DNA of 47,620 bases. Source: a virus. Its lineage: Duplodnaviria; Heunggongvirae; Uroviricota; Caudoviricetes. The number at the start of each line of letters is the position of its first letter. Within the stretch, counting starts at the first letter, position 1. The notes under the pieces were generated by a model. The model saw only the letters and a list, made by a program, of their open reading frames with translations. It ran no database searches and had not been told where the DNA came from. Shown here piece after piece: positions 46,694-47,620 of this stretch. Both the position numbers and the translations under genes were made by a program. The stretch covers positions 239,836 to 287,455 of the IMG/VR virus record IMGVR_UViG_3300033076_000838; one strand, 5' to 3'.

Positions 46694-47431
46694 ATGGCAC
46701 AAGTATTAAAGTTAAAAAGAACAGCAGTTCAGGGTAAAGTACCTACAACCACTTCCTTAGAATTAGGGGAATTGGCGATAAATACTTATGATGGTCGAAT
46801 ATTTTTCGAAAAAGATAATGGTACACCATCAATTCAATCAGTATTAGTTACTGATGCAACAACAACTGGTTCAATAAACTTAATCGGTGCTGTAACAGCT
46901 TCATATTTCAAAGGTGATGGCTCACAAATTACTAATTTACCTGCAGCAGATGTATCTCAAGTTGCTACTGTCACTGCATCCTTTGATACTCAATCAAATA
47001 TATCGGTTACTCATAATTTTAATTCTAAGAATATATTAGTTTCGGTCTATGATTCTAATGATTCTCAAATAATCCCATCATCGGTAACACTTACTAATAA
47101 TAATACTACTACAATCGTATTATCATCAGCTCAAAGTGGATATGTAGTTGTTGGTAAAGGTGGCCATATTGTTAGTGGTTCAGTTGATTCAAATAATATT
47201 AGTGGATTAGATGCTAAAATTAGTGAATTAAGTACATATAAAGTTGCAGTTAGTGGAAATAGTACTTATACTATTACTCATAATCTTAACGAAGAATATC
47301 CAATCGTTCAAGCATGGAATACATCTAATAAAAGACAAGAAATTCCATCTATTATTGAATCAACATCGGTAAATGCATTATCAGTAACATTTGCAGGAAC
47401 TTTTGTAGGACAAATTATAGTTAAAAAATAA
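46694..47431 (+). CDS. Short fibre/adaptor protein with two HN(L/F)N beta repeats
   Basis: MAQVLKLKRT..LELGELAINTYDGRIFF; THNFN and THNLN repeats; paralog of 43958. Confidence 0.7.
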   Translation: MAQVLKLKRTAVQGKVPTTTSLELGELAINTYDGRIFFEKDNGTPSIQSVLVTDATTTGSINLIGAVTASYFKGDGSQITNLPAADVSQVATVTASFDTQSNISVTHNFNSKNILVSVYDSNDSQIIPSSVTLTNNNTTTIVLSSAQSGYVVVGKGGHIVSGSVDSNNISGLDAKISELSTYKVAVSGNSTYTITHNLNEEYPIVQAWNTSNKRQEIPSIIESTSVNALSVTFAGTFVGQIIVKK

Positions 47432-47435
47432 ATAA

Positions 47436-47620
47436 ATGGTTTACGATGTTTATTACACCACAGGTGGAGGACCGTGGGTTAATGCTGGTTCTGATATTTG
47501 GGTAAATTTGTGGATGGAATTGGTTGCACCTAATTTAGAAGTAAAACCGATACTCTTAATTCATAGAAATAAACCAAAAGGACACGAAGATTACGAATTT
47601 CCAATAGAAACTTACTGGCA
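47436..47620 (+). CDS. N-terminal fragment of a possible GT-B glycosyltransferase, truncated by the window edge
   Basis: MVYDVYYTTGGGPWVNAGSDIWVNLW...; a beta strand then a Gly-rich loop then a helix, as in GT4-like N-termini. Confidence 0.35.
   Translation, partial: MVYDVYYTTGGGPWVNAGSDIWVNLWMELVAPNLEVKPILLIHRNKPKGHEDYEFPIETYW

Noticed and set aside
1-47620. Stop-codon reassignment (seen in some large phages)
   Set aside because: Conserved genes are full length in the standard code with dense packing, and TAA, TAG and TGA all end genes at sensible positions

Overview
This window is a segment of a large, AT-rich, T4-like (myovirus-type head module) phage genome, and every credible gene is on the + strand. 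Positions 1-13000 hold a glycan biosynthesis/modification cluster: three NDP-sugar SDR epimerases/reductases, an RmlC-like epimerase, split mini TPP-enzyme alpha and beta subunits, radical SAM, HAD and SGNH-like proteins, and three paralogous GT10-like proteins. Positions 13129-31021 hold the head module: a 1615-aa multi-domain protein, terminase, portal, prohead protease, several putative internal head proteins, ribosomal protein bS21, scaffold and major capsid protein. Positions 31083-31924 are a small island driven by duplicated Bacteroidetes-type promoters, which suggests the host phylum. Positions 32435-47431 encode neck (gp13/14/15-like) proteins and Ser/Thr/Gly-rich fibre proteins. There are three main signals. 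(1) A candidate capsid-cargo system: proteins with a shared N-terminal 'MxLxxL/IxxE' tag, built from unrelated cassettes joined by [LIVMF]-x-E / ESVNE linkers that match gp21-type protease sites. The largest is a polyprotein with HxGH nucleotidyltransferase, ART-like, RNase-like, DUF5661-like and KxDG ligase-like modules. (2) A phage bS21 that appears to lack the Bacteroidia anti-SD-sequestering Tyr, together with Shine-Dalgarno sites on most late genes but not on the host-promoter genes. (3) A recurrent intergenic ATA(T/C)TTAT motif that is the reverse complement of the T4-type late promoter. All family assignments come from motif recognition by eye; no searches were run.
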